Positions 12,774-23,779 of a stretch of 64,000 nucleotides of DNA are shown in pieces. Source of the stretch: Gracilinanus agilis (taxonomy: Eukaryota); assembly GCF_016433145.1 (NCBI RefSeq), contig NC_058131.1, forward strand, positions 575,844,813-575,908,812. The letters run 5' to 3'. Below the pieces are notes generated by a model, which saw only the letters and a program-made list of their open reading frames with translations, ran no database searches and had not been told where the DNA came from. The position numbers and the translations under genes were made by a program. How positions within the stretch are numbered: position 1 is the stretch's first letter; each line of letters starts with the position of its first letter.

Positions 12774-13229
12774 TCTATTAACTTTCTAAATAAGATAATT
12801 TATTCTTTTATTTCATAATCATCAAATGATTCAAAAGACTCAAATCATTTGAGTAGTTATTATATGCAAGATGGTGGGGCTGGTAAATGACCTGGCCTAC
12901 AAGTTAGCAGGGGAGATAAAGGTACAAATAAAGGTACAGACTTTAAAAACAAATGTATAATGGAGGCTAAAATGTTTATTATGTTCAGAGGGAAGAGAAA
13001 TTGAGGATCTAGAATAGCTTTAAGGAGGGGTTGGCATTTAAGCTGGTCTTGGATTTTAGCAAGTGAAGATAGAGGAAAGGACACTATTCTGTTTTATAGT
13101 GCTATATGGACAAGATTTGAACATCAAATCATCAAGTTCGGCTCAAATACAAACAACATGAGGTCAAATAGTATAAAATAAAGCTGTAAAAGAGTTGGAA
13201 ACAAGTTATGGAGAGCTGTAAGGCCAGAA

Positions 13230-14860
13230 TAGCAAAGGAGTTTGAAGCCTATTTAGTGTGAAATTAGAAGCTATTTTGTTTTGTTTTTGTAAATAGAGTA
13301 GTGACATGGTCAGACTTATGCATTAAGAAGCTGAGTCTTCTTGGTTATAAGAAGTGGAATGAGAGACTGGAAACAGCAAGACTGAGAAGAAATGTGATAG
13401 CAGTGATGGTGAACCTTTTAGAGCTTAAGTGCCCAAATTGTAACCCTCTCCCCACGTGTGAACAGCCCCCTTGTCCCCAGAGGAGGGTGAAAGCACTCCC
13501 ATTGGGCTGCTGGACAGAGGGACAGGCCATGTGGGAAATGTCCTCAAGTGAGGTGGAGAAGGGGAGGGGAGCAGCCTCCTCCGGCATGTGTGCCATAGGT
13601 TCACTAACATGGTGATATTGTGTGATACAAAGAGCTAGCTTTGGATTTGGATGACCCTGGATTGAACCCTAGCTTAATTTCTTAATTAAACTTAGTATAC
13701 TTAATACCTGTGTCACCTCTGGCTGGTCACTTAATCTGTGTCTCAATTTTCTCATCTGTAAAATGAGGGCGCTTGATGACTCCTAAGATTTATTCCAACT
13801 CACAGTGTTGGGACCAATGAGGAGCATGTTGCTGTAGTTCAGATAAGAGTTGATGAGAATCTGAACTAGAACAGGAGTGATGGGAATATGAGATAGAGTA
13901 ACGTATGTGTGGTGGGTATAAGAGATTAGAATTGAAATCATTAGATTTTAGTGATTGGTAATAGGAGGCACAGCCAAAATGCTGAGTAACAGGAAGAATT
14001 ACAGCAAGGATCCTTCCTCTCCAAAACTCCAAACACATTTAGAAACCACACCAGACCAAATTTTGTTGGAGAACTCTATGAAAAAAGTCACAATGACTTG
14101 TTTTTCCAGCCTAAGTTGGCATAGGGAGACAAAGATGTTGGGAGGACACTGGGGACTGGGTCTGGCCAGCTCACGCAGCAGATCTGTCCAGTCCCAGGCA
14201 ATTAAAAAAGGATTGACGTTATGTACCTGGGCAAGACCTATACAAGATGCCATGACCTCACAAAGGTTGTGGGAAAAGAAGCCAACTGGCAGCTTTGTCA
14301 CCCTCTGTCCAGTTCTGGGTCATCGGTCCAGGACAGACTAAGGAAGGGACTAGCTACTATGGTTGGAATTGCAGGATAAAGCATAATATGCTGTAGAAAG
14401 CTCAAGAAGGAACAAGACTTGAAAAAGACCACTGAATTTGGAAACTAGGAACCATTTGATTAGTACGAAGAGAAGGCAGGTTGAAAAGAATGATAAGAAT
14501 GAGTAGTGAAGACAGTGAATATAGGACACATTTTTTTTAGCTGTTTGGGAAGGTAATTCCTAGGAGAAGAAGACTTAAGGACTGGTTTTTCAAATAGGGA
14601 ATCTCTGAGTATATTAAATAAAGGAGGAGCCAGAAGAGAGGGATAAATTGGGGGATAATTAATGGAACAAAATTTTGGAGGAAGCAGGAAAAATGGAATT
14701 GAAGGCATGAGTATATTAACATTTGTCAGGATGAAGACGAAGTTATCCTCTAAGGCAAGAAGGAAGAAAGAGAGAATGAGTAAGGATTAATTTTAAGGTG
14801 AGGAAAGGGGGATTTGAGGAAGCTCACAATAGATGGCTATCAGATGACTTATTTCACATC
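13230..14860 (-). mobile_element. L2 LINE fragments (interrupted by a MITE and a MIR)
   Basis: GA-rich antisense L2 motifs. Confidence 0.6.
13401..13612 (+). mobile_element. hAT MITE, family B, copy 2 (inside L2)
   Basis: CAGTGATGGTGAACCT ... AGGTTCACTAACATGG; internal sequence clearly homologous to copy 1; GTGATA on both flanks. Confidence 0.85.
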
Positions 14861-14904
14861 CTTTGAACAGATAATGCCCAATGAATTAAAAAAGTAGTGA
14901 TGGA

Positions 14905-15089
14905 GGGGCAGCTGGGTAGCTCAGTGGAGTGAGAGTCAGGCCTAGAGACAGGAGGTCCTAGGTTCAAACCCGGCCTCAGCCACTTCCCAGCTGTGTGACC
15001 CTGGGCAAGTCACTTGACCCCCATTGCCCACCCTTACCAATCTTCCACCTATGAGACAATACACCGAAGTATAAGGGTTTAAAAAAAAA
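14905..15089 (+). mobile_element. SINE1_Mdo-type (short-tail, young)
   Basis: Perfect 17-bp TSD AAAAAAGTAGTGATGGA; CpGs retained; long A tail. Confidence 0.93.
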
Positions 15090-15106
15090 AAAAAAGTAGT
15101 GATGGA

Positions 15107-15275
15107 AGGAGATGAATCCTGAGTTCAAATCCTGTCTCAGACTCTAGCTGTGAGACCCTAGACCTTAGCTTCTTCATTTGTAAAATGAGCTGGAAAAGAA
15201 TATGGCAGTTCACCGCAATATCTTTGCCAAGAAAACCCCAGTAGGGGTCATAAAGAGTCAGACATAACTGGAAAT
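15107..15275 (+). mobile_element. MAR1-type SINE fragment
   Basis: CTGAGTTCAAATCC core and ATCTTTGCCAAGAAAACCCCA tail. Confidence 0.75.
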
Positions 15276-15429
15276 ATATATATATATGTATATATCTATA
15301 TATGCATATATATATATACTATAATAACAATTCTCAATGACTATAATTCTGATAGAATGCCTTAAAGGAAGATACTTTCTTAGAGGGAAAAATAGCATAT
15401 GTAAGTAATACATTAAAGCTAATGTTTTT

Positions 15430-16475
15430 CTTTGAGATAGTTGTCATCTTTTCCTGATATATTTTATGAGTTCAGAAATACACTTAAGCTATTTAAGTAA
15501 GGGGCAACCTCTTACAATGTAATTCAATGAAAGGTTTCTTAAAAGCACTCATAGCCAAGACTAACTCAACAAAAATGAGTTAATGCCACAGAAGGAGAAA
15601 TGGACCTTTAATTAGCAAACATTCCTGATAAAAAGACCAAAGCTGAACAGAAACTTTGTAGTTCAAACAGAGGATTAAAGAGAAATATAAAAAGGAGAAT
15701 ATGAACAATGATAAAAGACCAGAAGGATAAACTGCTTATGTTGGAAGGTCAAAGAAGGTGTCTAATTAGACAAAAGGCCTAACAGTAGTTCTGTTATGTC
15801 TTGATGATCTTAAAAGAAGAATGGAAAGGGAAGGGAAGAATACCCTGATGAGGAAAGGGAAAGTTAGAGAACATTATCCCATATAATTCATATGTACAAG
15901 TTGACATCTATATAAACAAACAAGGAAAAGGAAAAGGGAAATCAAGGGAGTGGCTGACACTTGAATCTCCCTCTATTGAATTGGTTTAAAAAAGAACATA
16001 TGCATACATACACACCCACCACTGGGTACAAGAACACATGGCACTTAAGAAAGGGAATGGGAGGTAGATTAAGGGAGAGATTAGTCTTAAACAAAATCGA
16101 CTTTAAAGATACATAAAAATATTTATAGCTATTTTTGAGGGGACAAAGAATAAGTTGGGAGAATAGATGAATAAGTCGTGGTATATAAATATAATACTAT
16201 TATGCTAAATTCTAATCAGCATAACCATTAGCTACGATTCCAGAGAACTAATGATGAAACATGCTACTCACTTCCTGAAAAAGAGATAAAAAACACAAAA
16301 TGCAGAATGGGAAAATTTTTTTTAGACATGGCCAATATGGAAATTTGATTGGGTTGATTATATATGATTGCAATAGATTTTGTTTTTCTTGTGTCTTCAA
16401 TTGAGAGAGGGGCTGGAATAGAAGGGTGAGAAGGTAGATCTTGGCTGATTGAAACAATGTTTTTTTATTAAAGTA
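15430..16475 (+). mobile_element. L1/HAL1-like 3' fragment
   Basis: ORF1-end motif (ACATTCCTGATAAAAAGACCAAAGCTGAACAGAAACTTTG) followed within ~500 bp by the 3' segment (GATTCCAGAGAACTAATGATGAAACATGCTA). Confidence 0.6.
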
Positions 16476-16809
16476 GAAAATAGCCATGAAAGCAGGACAA
16501 TTTTAGAACTATTTGTGTTGTAAATAAAGAGCATTTAAGTTCAGAAATGAAGTGTCAATGTGATACAATTTGATGTTTTGTCCTCTATATAAATCAGAAT
16601 TATATTCTAGCCAGCACATTAAAATTAGAGCTAATAACTTTTTCTGCCTTTCAACTTTCAGAACTATCCAATTGGAAATGGCACTGAATAATACAATTAC
16701 AAATATGGGGTAAGTTTCAGAAATTAATCATATAATCATCATCATATAATCATATCATCTCCCTCACATGTGGAATGAAGGAAATTTCAAACATTATGAA
16801 ATGGAATGT

Positions 16810-19800
16810 ATTTCATAATTATGTAGTCTTTATTTTAGACGCATATTGTCATAAAAAATTGACAAGGAATAAAATCTATTTTTTTCTTTTGAACACAGCA
16901 TCAGTATCAGTACACAGTTAATGATTCAAACAAGTTTAACCAAATGACAAATCCATTTATCTGTAGGAGCTTTTCACATTAAGCTTTTGGAGCAGAGATA
17001 AAATGTGCTTAAACACACAAAGAGTAGAACAAATCTATTGAAAAATTAAGCCTTTTCTGTTAGGGTTTTGTTTTTTAGTCAGGTATTTCAATTACATATT
17101 GCCTTAAAGAAGTTGAAGTCCTACATTAGCAGTGTCAGTTGCAAATAAACAAAAAACACTCATTTGTAAGGCCATAAGAATATACTGGAATAACTAACTT
17201 CAGTGGAAATAAAAAGGAAATGGAAATTATGCTGTTTCTTGGCATAATTAAATGCAATTGAATGTGGCACAAGCATAAGAGATGAAGTGATCTGAAAATA
17301 ACTACAAATAATGATTTCCTAAGCTTTATATCTGCACATTTCACTAAATAAAAGTCAGGTTAAAGTTACGTTTTCATAGTGAACAAGAAACATCAATTTT
17401 ATTAGCCTAAAAACTTTTAACTCTACTGTAAAACTTCTAGTTGAAAACTCATGAACATCCTGTTCCTGTAGGTCACATGTTGAGGCACCCCTTTTCTTTC
17501 AGATGGTGCAAGAAAGAAGAGGAAATGCTCTTTCTAAAAAGAGACATTTGCAAAGTCAACTAGAAATAAATGCCCTAAATTTCAGATAAGTACACCAAAC
17601 GTTTTTATCTTTAAGTACGAAAGATCATTTTCAAAAGTTAAGTATTAAATTTATATAAAAAAAAATCTTGGTTATGGAAAATCTGAAGAGAAAGAAAAAA
17701 ACTGAATGTTTCACTTGTTGATCATAAAGTTGAAAGCATTAAAAAGTCATAGTAGAGATGATTACCATTAAGGATCTAAAAATTTAAGCTGTAATGCTGG
17801 AGGAACTTTTGCAGAAATTTACCTATATTGCACAGCTATACTTTTTTAAAGAATTGGAATAATTTTTTTTTGCATTATTGGACATACAGGTTCTGGTCTA
17901 AATCTTTAAAGGTCCACCTTTATCTAAAAACTAATGATGCCTTTAGTTCAAGACAAAACATAAATCTACTATTTTGTAAAATTATAACAGCTGGCTCACC
18001 TTTGTTCTACTAGATATTAGAATACTAGTTTTCAAACTGAGGTATAGTTTTTAAAAGTCCTTCAAATGAAAGGTAATATTATTTTGAAAGCTTACAAAGA
18101 CTGCACAAAATGTTCATATGGATAGTAAGAAAACCTGCAGCACCCAGGACTGATGCACAGGCAAAACATAGATAGCATTTATTGTCATCTGTTTTTCTGA
18201 AGTAAAATATAGTTAAAATAAGTTCCCAGTGAAATAATACAATCAACTGATTTACATGCTACTCAGATACAGCACATTTTTCATTGTCTGACATCCTCAG
18301 ACTATTTGAAAAGGTCTACACCAATCATTATAAAAAATTAGCACATTGATAATAAAGTGCAGCCACTGAACCACTTAATACTGCTGCAAGTATCTGCATT
18401 TTACTTTATAAGACCAAAAAATGTTCATGTGAAACTAGAATTCTTCAGTTTCAGCAGGGAACAGACAAAATTGTCTGTCATTAAATCCTTCTACAAATAG
18501 AAAAAAATAATGTATTATATGAACATTATTAAGCAAAATGAAATATTTACTGGATCATTTTACCATGCATAAAAGTGAATTTCCTATGGTCTCACTTAAA
18601 ATTTATATACAATTTAGCATGGCTAAATGTAAGAAAATAGCAAAGACATCTTGTTTTTATACAACAGAGCAAACACCCCAAATGGCTGCTACTTCAAAAA
18701 GCTAAAATTTTAGACTCATAACTTTCACAGGCTCTTTCAGAAGGAAATTCATGGAGACTAGGCATTATTAACAGATACAGGACAAAACCAGAGAGAAAAA
18801 GGAACAAAGGCAAAGCATTCTATTAAAAACAAACCAACAACATTGCTAACCACAGAATATGTCAGTTTTGGTTTGCAGACAACCCCTGAGATAAAAATCA
18901 GTATTAAGACACCAAATAGTCAGAGGTAAATTACTGAAATAATTACATTCATAAATGGTGTCATAACACTTGCCTTTATAGAAAGCACTTTACTACCTTA
19001 CAGAAAACTTAACTGCTTGACTTTTTCTTGAAAACAGTAAATATACATAAAATGATTAGGGATGTTTTTGAACATGATCTTTTTCTTTAAAAAAAAAAAA
19101 CCATCTGAATAACAGATAGTGATTTATAGTCAAGGTATAAGGAAACTTTATTACATGGGAAATAGCAACAGGGAGCATTGTTTCATCTATAAACACCTCA
19201 ACCATCAAACCTATAAAGGTGATTATAAAGGTTAAGGATTTTTAGTAGTAAGATCTTAACACCAATCAGAAACAGCTTTTTGCATATTTGCTACCAATGA
19301 ACTATATATGTTTTGAAACAAGAAGACAGATAAACTGGTCAAAGCATCCTAATGACAAATATTATTTGAAACAAAGTTCTGTGTAGTGATAGTCAATTCA
19401 TTTTCCCCTTTTACCCATCAATTATGATCGTGACTGTAGTAAAGCAGAACAAACATACAAAGAAATAAATTTACTAACAAGGATACATTTCACTTTTTCA
19501 TTCTTTTAGCATTCCTTTCTATCTTCTGACACTCATGCCAAATACAATGGAAGGGTTTTGCTGACCTGAATTTGGCACTTCAATAACCACTAAATATAGT
19601 TTCTCATAAATCTACTCCAAGAAAGTTTTTTTTCTTTAAAAAAAGTCTTCAGAGTATACCAGGAACCAGTTTTCACTGAAGAAGGCCAGTAAGCTTCTGG
19701 TTGGCTTTGTCCTAAATAACACCAATTAATCTTTATATTCAGTAACTTAAAACTTGAATGGATGGACTAAAAGCTGTTTTGAAACTAAAAACATTGTTCA

Positions 19801-21213
19801 TGTTTTATTGAAAGGGCATTAATTTACTAGAGGCTTTATTTACTAAGTCTAGTTGTGCATACATATGTTTTTAAAAATCCAACCCTCTAAAATTTCTAAA
19901 AGTTATAATATCTACTCAGTTTGCTCTCTTTATACAGGTAAGCTTTCTGCAAGCTAAAAGACTAACTCCTGTTAATGCTGCTCAGATTATGATATATATG
20001 TATGTGTACATATATTGGTGGTATCAAGGAGATATCAAGTAGCAAAGGGGCTATAAAAAAAATCTTTTGAGCCTTGTCTTATGGAAACCACTAAAAAAAC
20101 ATTTCTAGCCACACTACTGAATATATAAAAATTTCAAAGTCTCAACAAAATAAAAATGTCACATCTGGAAGTCAAAGAGTATTGGACAAAAAGTGAGGAG
20201 CTAAGACAAGTGTGAAGGGGAGAGGAGACCAAGAAAAAAACTGGGGAGAGGAAGAAAGTAGACTGGAGTAGAGTCAGGTGTGGTCATTATTGTAGAGAGC
20301 AAAGAAAAATTTCCTCCACTAATAAGGATTAGCCACTAGTCTATAACTTAGGACATAGAAAGTTGCCTGGGGCACTGACTAAAGAGGTAAGGGTCACATG
20401 TGGTAGCACAGTTTCTATATGAGTCAGGCACGACTTGAGCTTAGGTCTTCCTAACTCTGAGGCTAAATCTCTATCCATTATATGCCACACTGCCTCAAAT
20501 AACTTTAGAAGAGTCATATAAAAATGATTTAGAGCAGTTTTTTACAAACTAAGAAGAAAATAAATTTAGAAATTAAAGTCTTAGCTACTTTCTATACCAC
20601 TACAGTCTAACAGACAAGAATAATGCAAAACCCTACATTCCAAAGAAAGGAAGAAATTGTAGCCTCTTTATAAACAGACTGGTGCATTTTCTTGAATTTA
20701 AAAAAATTAGCATTTGCCCTTTCTTTTTAAGAAATTTACATAAGACCAGAACTCTTAATGCACATATTACAAATTACATTTATCCCAGTGAAACAGATGA
20801 AGCCTCTGAATTTGCATAAACTTCCCTGAAAATGCACAAATCTGTTAAAAACTTCACAAGACAAAACTGTGCAAATACAAAGGGACGATTGTGCTGTAAC
20901 AGGCAAGGACTAACACTGATGTGCAAAGTTAAAAGAAAGATAGCAGCTTTTGCAACAGGCAAGAAAACAAACAAAAAGTTAACTCCTGCATGTGTCTCCA
21001 CTTCACTGCTTCCATGTTTGAGGAAGGAGCCTGACCTGCTGAAAGGCCACATGGCCAGAATCCATGCTATATTTTGTTTAAAGAAGTCTGAGTTCCATGG
21101 AGCTCTCAGTGGCAGCTTGGTGGTATTGTGTCTCTGGGGCTATGTGACCCTGTGCTTTCAGAAAAGCAGGAAAGGTTCTTCTAGGTGTGCTGCAGTCCAT
21201 TATTGAGAGTTTA
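16810..21213 (-). other. RAB8B: RAB8B 3'UTR (probable extent); candidate AATAAA signals at 17398-17403 and 16829-16834
   Basis: About 4.4 kb of repeat-free AU-rich sequence after the stop, bounded by an L1-like fragment near 16470. The actual 3' end is uncertain. Confidence 0.65.
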
Positions 21214-21306
21214 TCAAAGGAGTGTACAGCGAAAGAAACTGGTCTTCTTTGATCTATTTTCTGTTATTTTCACTGGTCCTCCTGCCCCCGGTGAACTGCT
21301 GTCATT
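21214..21306 (-). CDS. RAB8B: RAB8B exon 8 coding part, NDSSSPGAGGPVKITENRSKKTSFFRCTLL* (CaaX prenylation motif)
   Basis: 93 nt including TGA; the hypervariable tail is the RAB8B type, not RAB8A; ends in CTLL. Confidence 0.97.
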   Translation of the reverse strand, partial: NDSSSPGAGGPVKITENRSKKTSFFRCTLL

Positions 21307-21410
21307 CTAAGGAGAAGAAAATAGAATAAAATTAATCAATAGATGATGTCATAGTTTATCCCAACACCTTACAAGAAAGTTAAACTATCATATTAAAAAA
21401 TATTTGACAG

Positions 21411-21600
21411 GGGGCAGCTGGGTAGCTCAGTGGATTGAGAGCCAGGCCTAGAGACAGGAGGTCCTAGGTTCAAATCTGGCCTCAGACACTTCCCAGCTGT
21501 GTGACCCTGGGCAAGTCACTTGACCCCCATTGCCTACCCTTACCCCTCTTCCACCTATAAGTCAATACACAGAAGTTAAGGGTTTAAAATAAAAAAAAAA
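21411..21600 (+). mobile_element. SINE1_Mdo-type (short-tail) in the last RAB8B intron, ~100 bp from the exon 8 acceptor
   Basis: Near-consensus sequence; TSD ATTTGACA. Confidence 0.92.
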
Positions 21601-22304
21601 ATTTGACAAAAGCTAATAAGAAGATAACTTTCAAAAACTGTCAGAGTGTTTTGATTTATTTTGGGGGGGGGCGGGAAGAAGAGAGACAAGGGGGGAGGAA
21701 AGCCCTAGATTTTGAATATTTAGATTAATAATGTATAAATAGGAAGTTCTCACTCCCATATTTAAAGAAATGATAGGCAATGGGATATGGAGCTTAAGCC
21801 TAATTATAATAGCACTGCATTCCTAGCATTCCAAGATAAATGTTAACAGCCTTATATTCAAAGATTTTATTCAGTAGTCAGGTTAAAATTTGCTAGCAAA
21901 ATTGTTTATTGAGGCACTTTTATGATTAAGCAAGCTCTAAGACTTTAAGAATTAAATGTCTATCACATAATAAAACATTTAATTTATTCAGTTCAAAATT
22001 TAGTAAGGCTGGATTTTTATCAATGAATCTCTTTGCAAATGACCAAAGGTCATTTAATAATCTTTCCAAGAAAAGGAATCATAAAAGCTTCCAGAAGATA
22101 GGAATCAATGTTCAGAAAGACTATTTCCATCACTATTACTCATATTAAGTTGGATGCCTTAAAACCTTTTCTGATTGTTTTTACTTTTCTTTATATCCAT
22201 AGGTCTTTGCATAACGTAAATGCTTAATAGATGTTTGTAGATTAATTGACCAAAAAACAAAAGAAGACCCATAATAAAACAAAAAACTTGTAAAAGACAC
22301 AAAC

Positions 22305-22355
22305 CATTTTTCTGTTGAGTTTTGTCATTATATCTCGTGCAAGTGTAAAAAATGC
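22305..22355 (-). CDS. RAB8B: RAB8B exon 7, AFFTLARDIMTKLNRKM
   Basis: 51 nt, ttcag| acceptor, ATG|gtttgt donor. Confidence 0.96.
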
Positions 22356-22789
22356 CTGAAAGTTAAAAAAACAAAACATCATCACATACTCATTTTTACA
22401 CTAATATTTTTATTATGGCTTTTGCTAAAACTTAGGTAAATAAGGTACCATTTCAGAAAACAGGCATTCATATTTTTTCAGTATTTAAAAAAAGATTTGT
22501 TTCTAAAAGTATATTGCAGATAATATAGTCTTGAACTTAGAGCTTAAACTTTTTCATGCAAAATTTTATATCTTGTCTTTATATTTGCTTTTAATTTTCT
22601 TAAATGTTGTGTATCTAGTTTCAGAATGTTTTAAGTGAGTCTGCCTTCTCTTGTTACAGTGAAACACAACTCTTCCAAACTTTCTCCTTGTAACTAAGAT
22701 CCTACAGCTCTCACCTTCATAAGTTACTGCCTTCCTTCTTCATCAACTCTTTCACCTTCATCTTTAATTGTTCATTTTTATTTCTATTA

Positions 22790-23269
22790 TCCAACATAGG
22801 AAAACCTAAAGAGGGAGGAAGTATCCAGGAGGAGAAAGTGATCGATAGTGTCAAGTGTAGCACAAGTCCAGTAGGATGAAGACTAAGAAAAGGCCATTAG
22901 ATTTGGCAATTAAAAGATAATTTGTAACCTTGAAAGGGCAATTTCAGTTGAAAGAGGAGGACGAATTGCAGAAGTTTTAGAACTGAGTAAGAGGTTATAA
23001 AATGTAGGTAACTATTGTAGATGACTTTCTCAAGGAATTTAGCCACAGCAGAATATAGCATGGTAACTATCAAGAATTGTAAGAGCAAATGAAGATTACT
23101 TTATGAATGAGAAACATGTGGCATGCTTGTAGGCAGTGGAGGAAGAGTCAGTAGATAGGGAGGGATTGTAAATGAGAATGAGAATGACAGTGGGCAATCT
23201 GTTGGAAAATACAAGAGGGTATGGAATCAAGGCTGTATGTAGAGGTGTTTGCCTTAGCAAAGAGAAAAA

Positions 23270-23324
<55 letters not shown>

Positions 23325-23700
23325 CAGTAAATAGTGGAAGAAGATGTTTGAATGGTAAAAGGTAAGAAGGGGGGAAGGAAAGGGAGGTCTAGGTGAGTGA
23401 CCTCTAAATTTTCAGTGAAGTTATGAGGCCAGGTCCTCAACCGGGAGGGTACTGGAGGAGGTGCAACAAGAGGCTTGAAGAGACAAGGTGGTTTGACATT
23501 TTCACTGTGGAGAGTAAAAGAGCAAATCAATTGGGAAGGAAAAAAATGTTTGCCTTGCTGCAGGGAGGGTCTGGTTTTGCACCCTGCTGCATAGAACATG
23601 GAAGCTATTGGAGGAGGTGGGTGCTAAGTGACTAGTTTAGGGATTAAATTAATTAAATGGTCAAGATAGGAAAGGGAGGATGCTACTTTGTTAGACTTCC
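22790..23700 (-). mobile_element. L2 LINE fragment
   Basis: GACTAAGAAAAGGCCATTAGATTTGGCAATTAAAAG is a typical antisense L2 motif; (CT)n inserted. Confidence 0.75.
23271..23322. repeat. (CT)n microsatellite
   Basis: Direct reading. Confidence 0.95.
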
Positions 23701-23779
23701 TGGTTTCTTAATCTGAGGAGTCAGCTGTATTGTTCTATCTTTGGTATATAATTCCTCTTTTGATGGTATCTGACAATGA

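Noticed and set aside
20780-21206. 90-aa and 124-aa ORFs after the RAB8B stop
   Set aside because: They lie in the 3'UTR, have no recognisable homology and one starts with GTG; not a readthrough extension I can support.
23096-23635. 167-aa and 70-aa ORFs
   Set aside because: Decayed L2 plus (CT)n; no intact RT.
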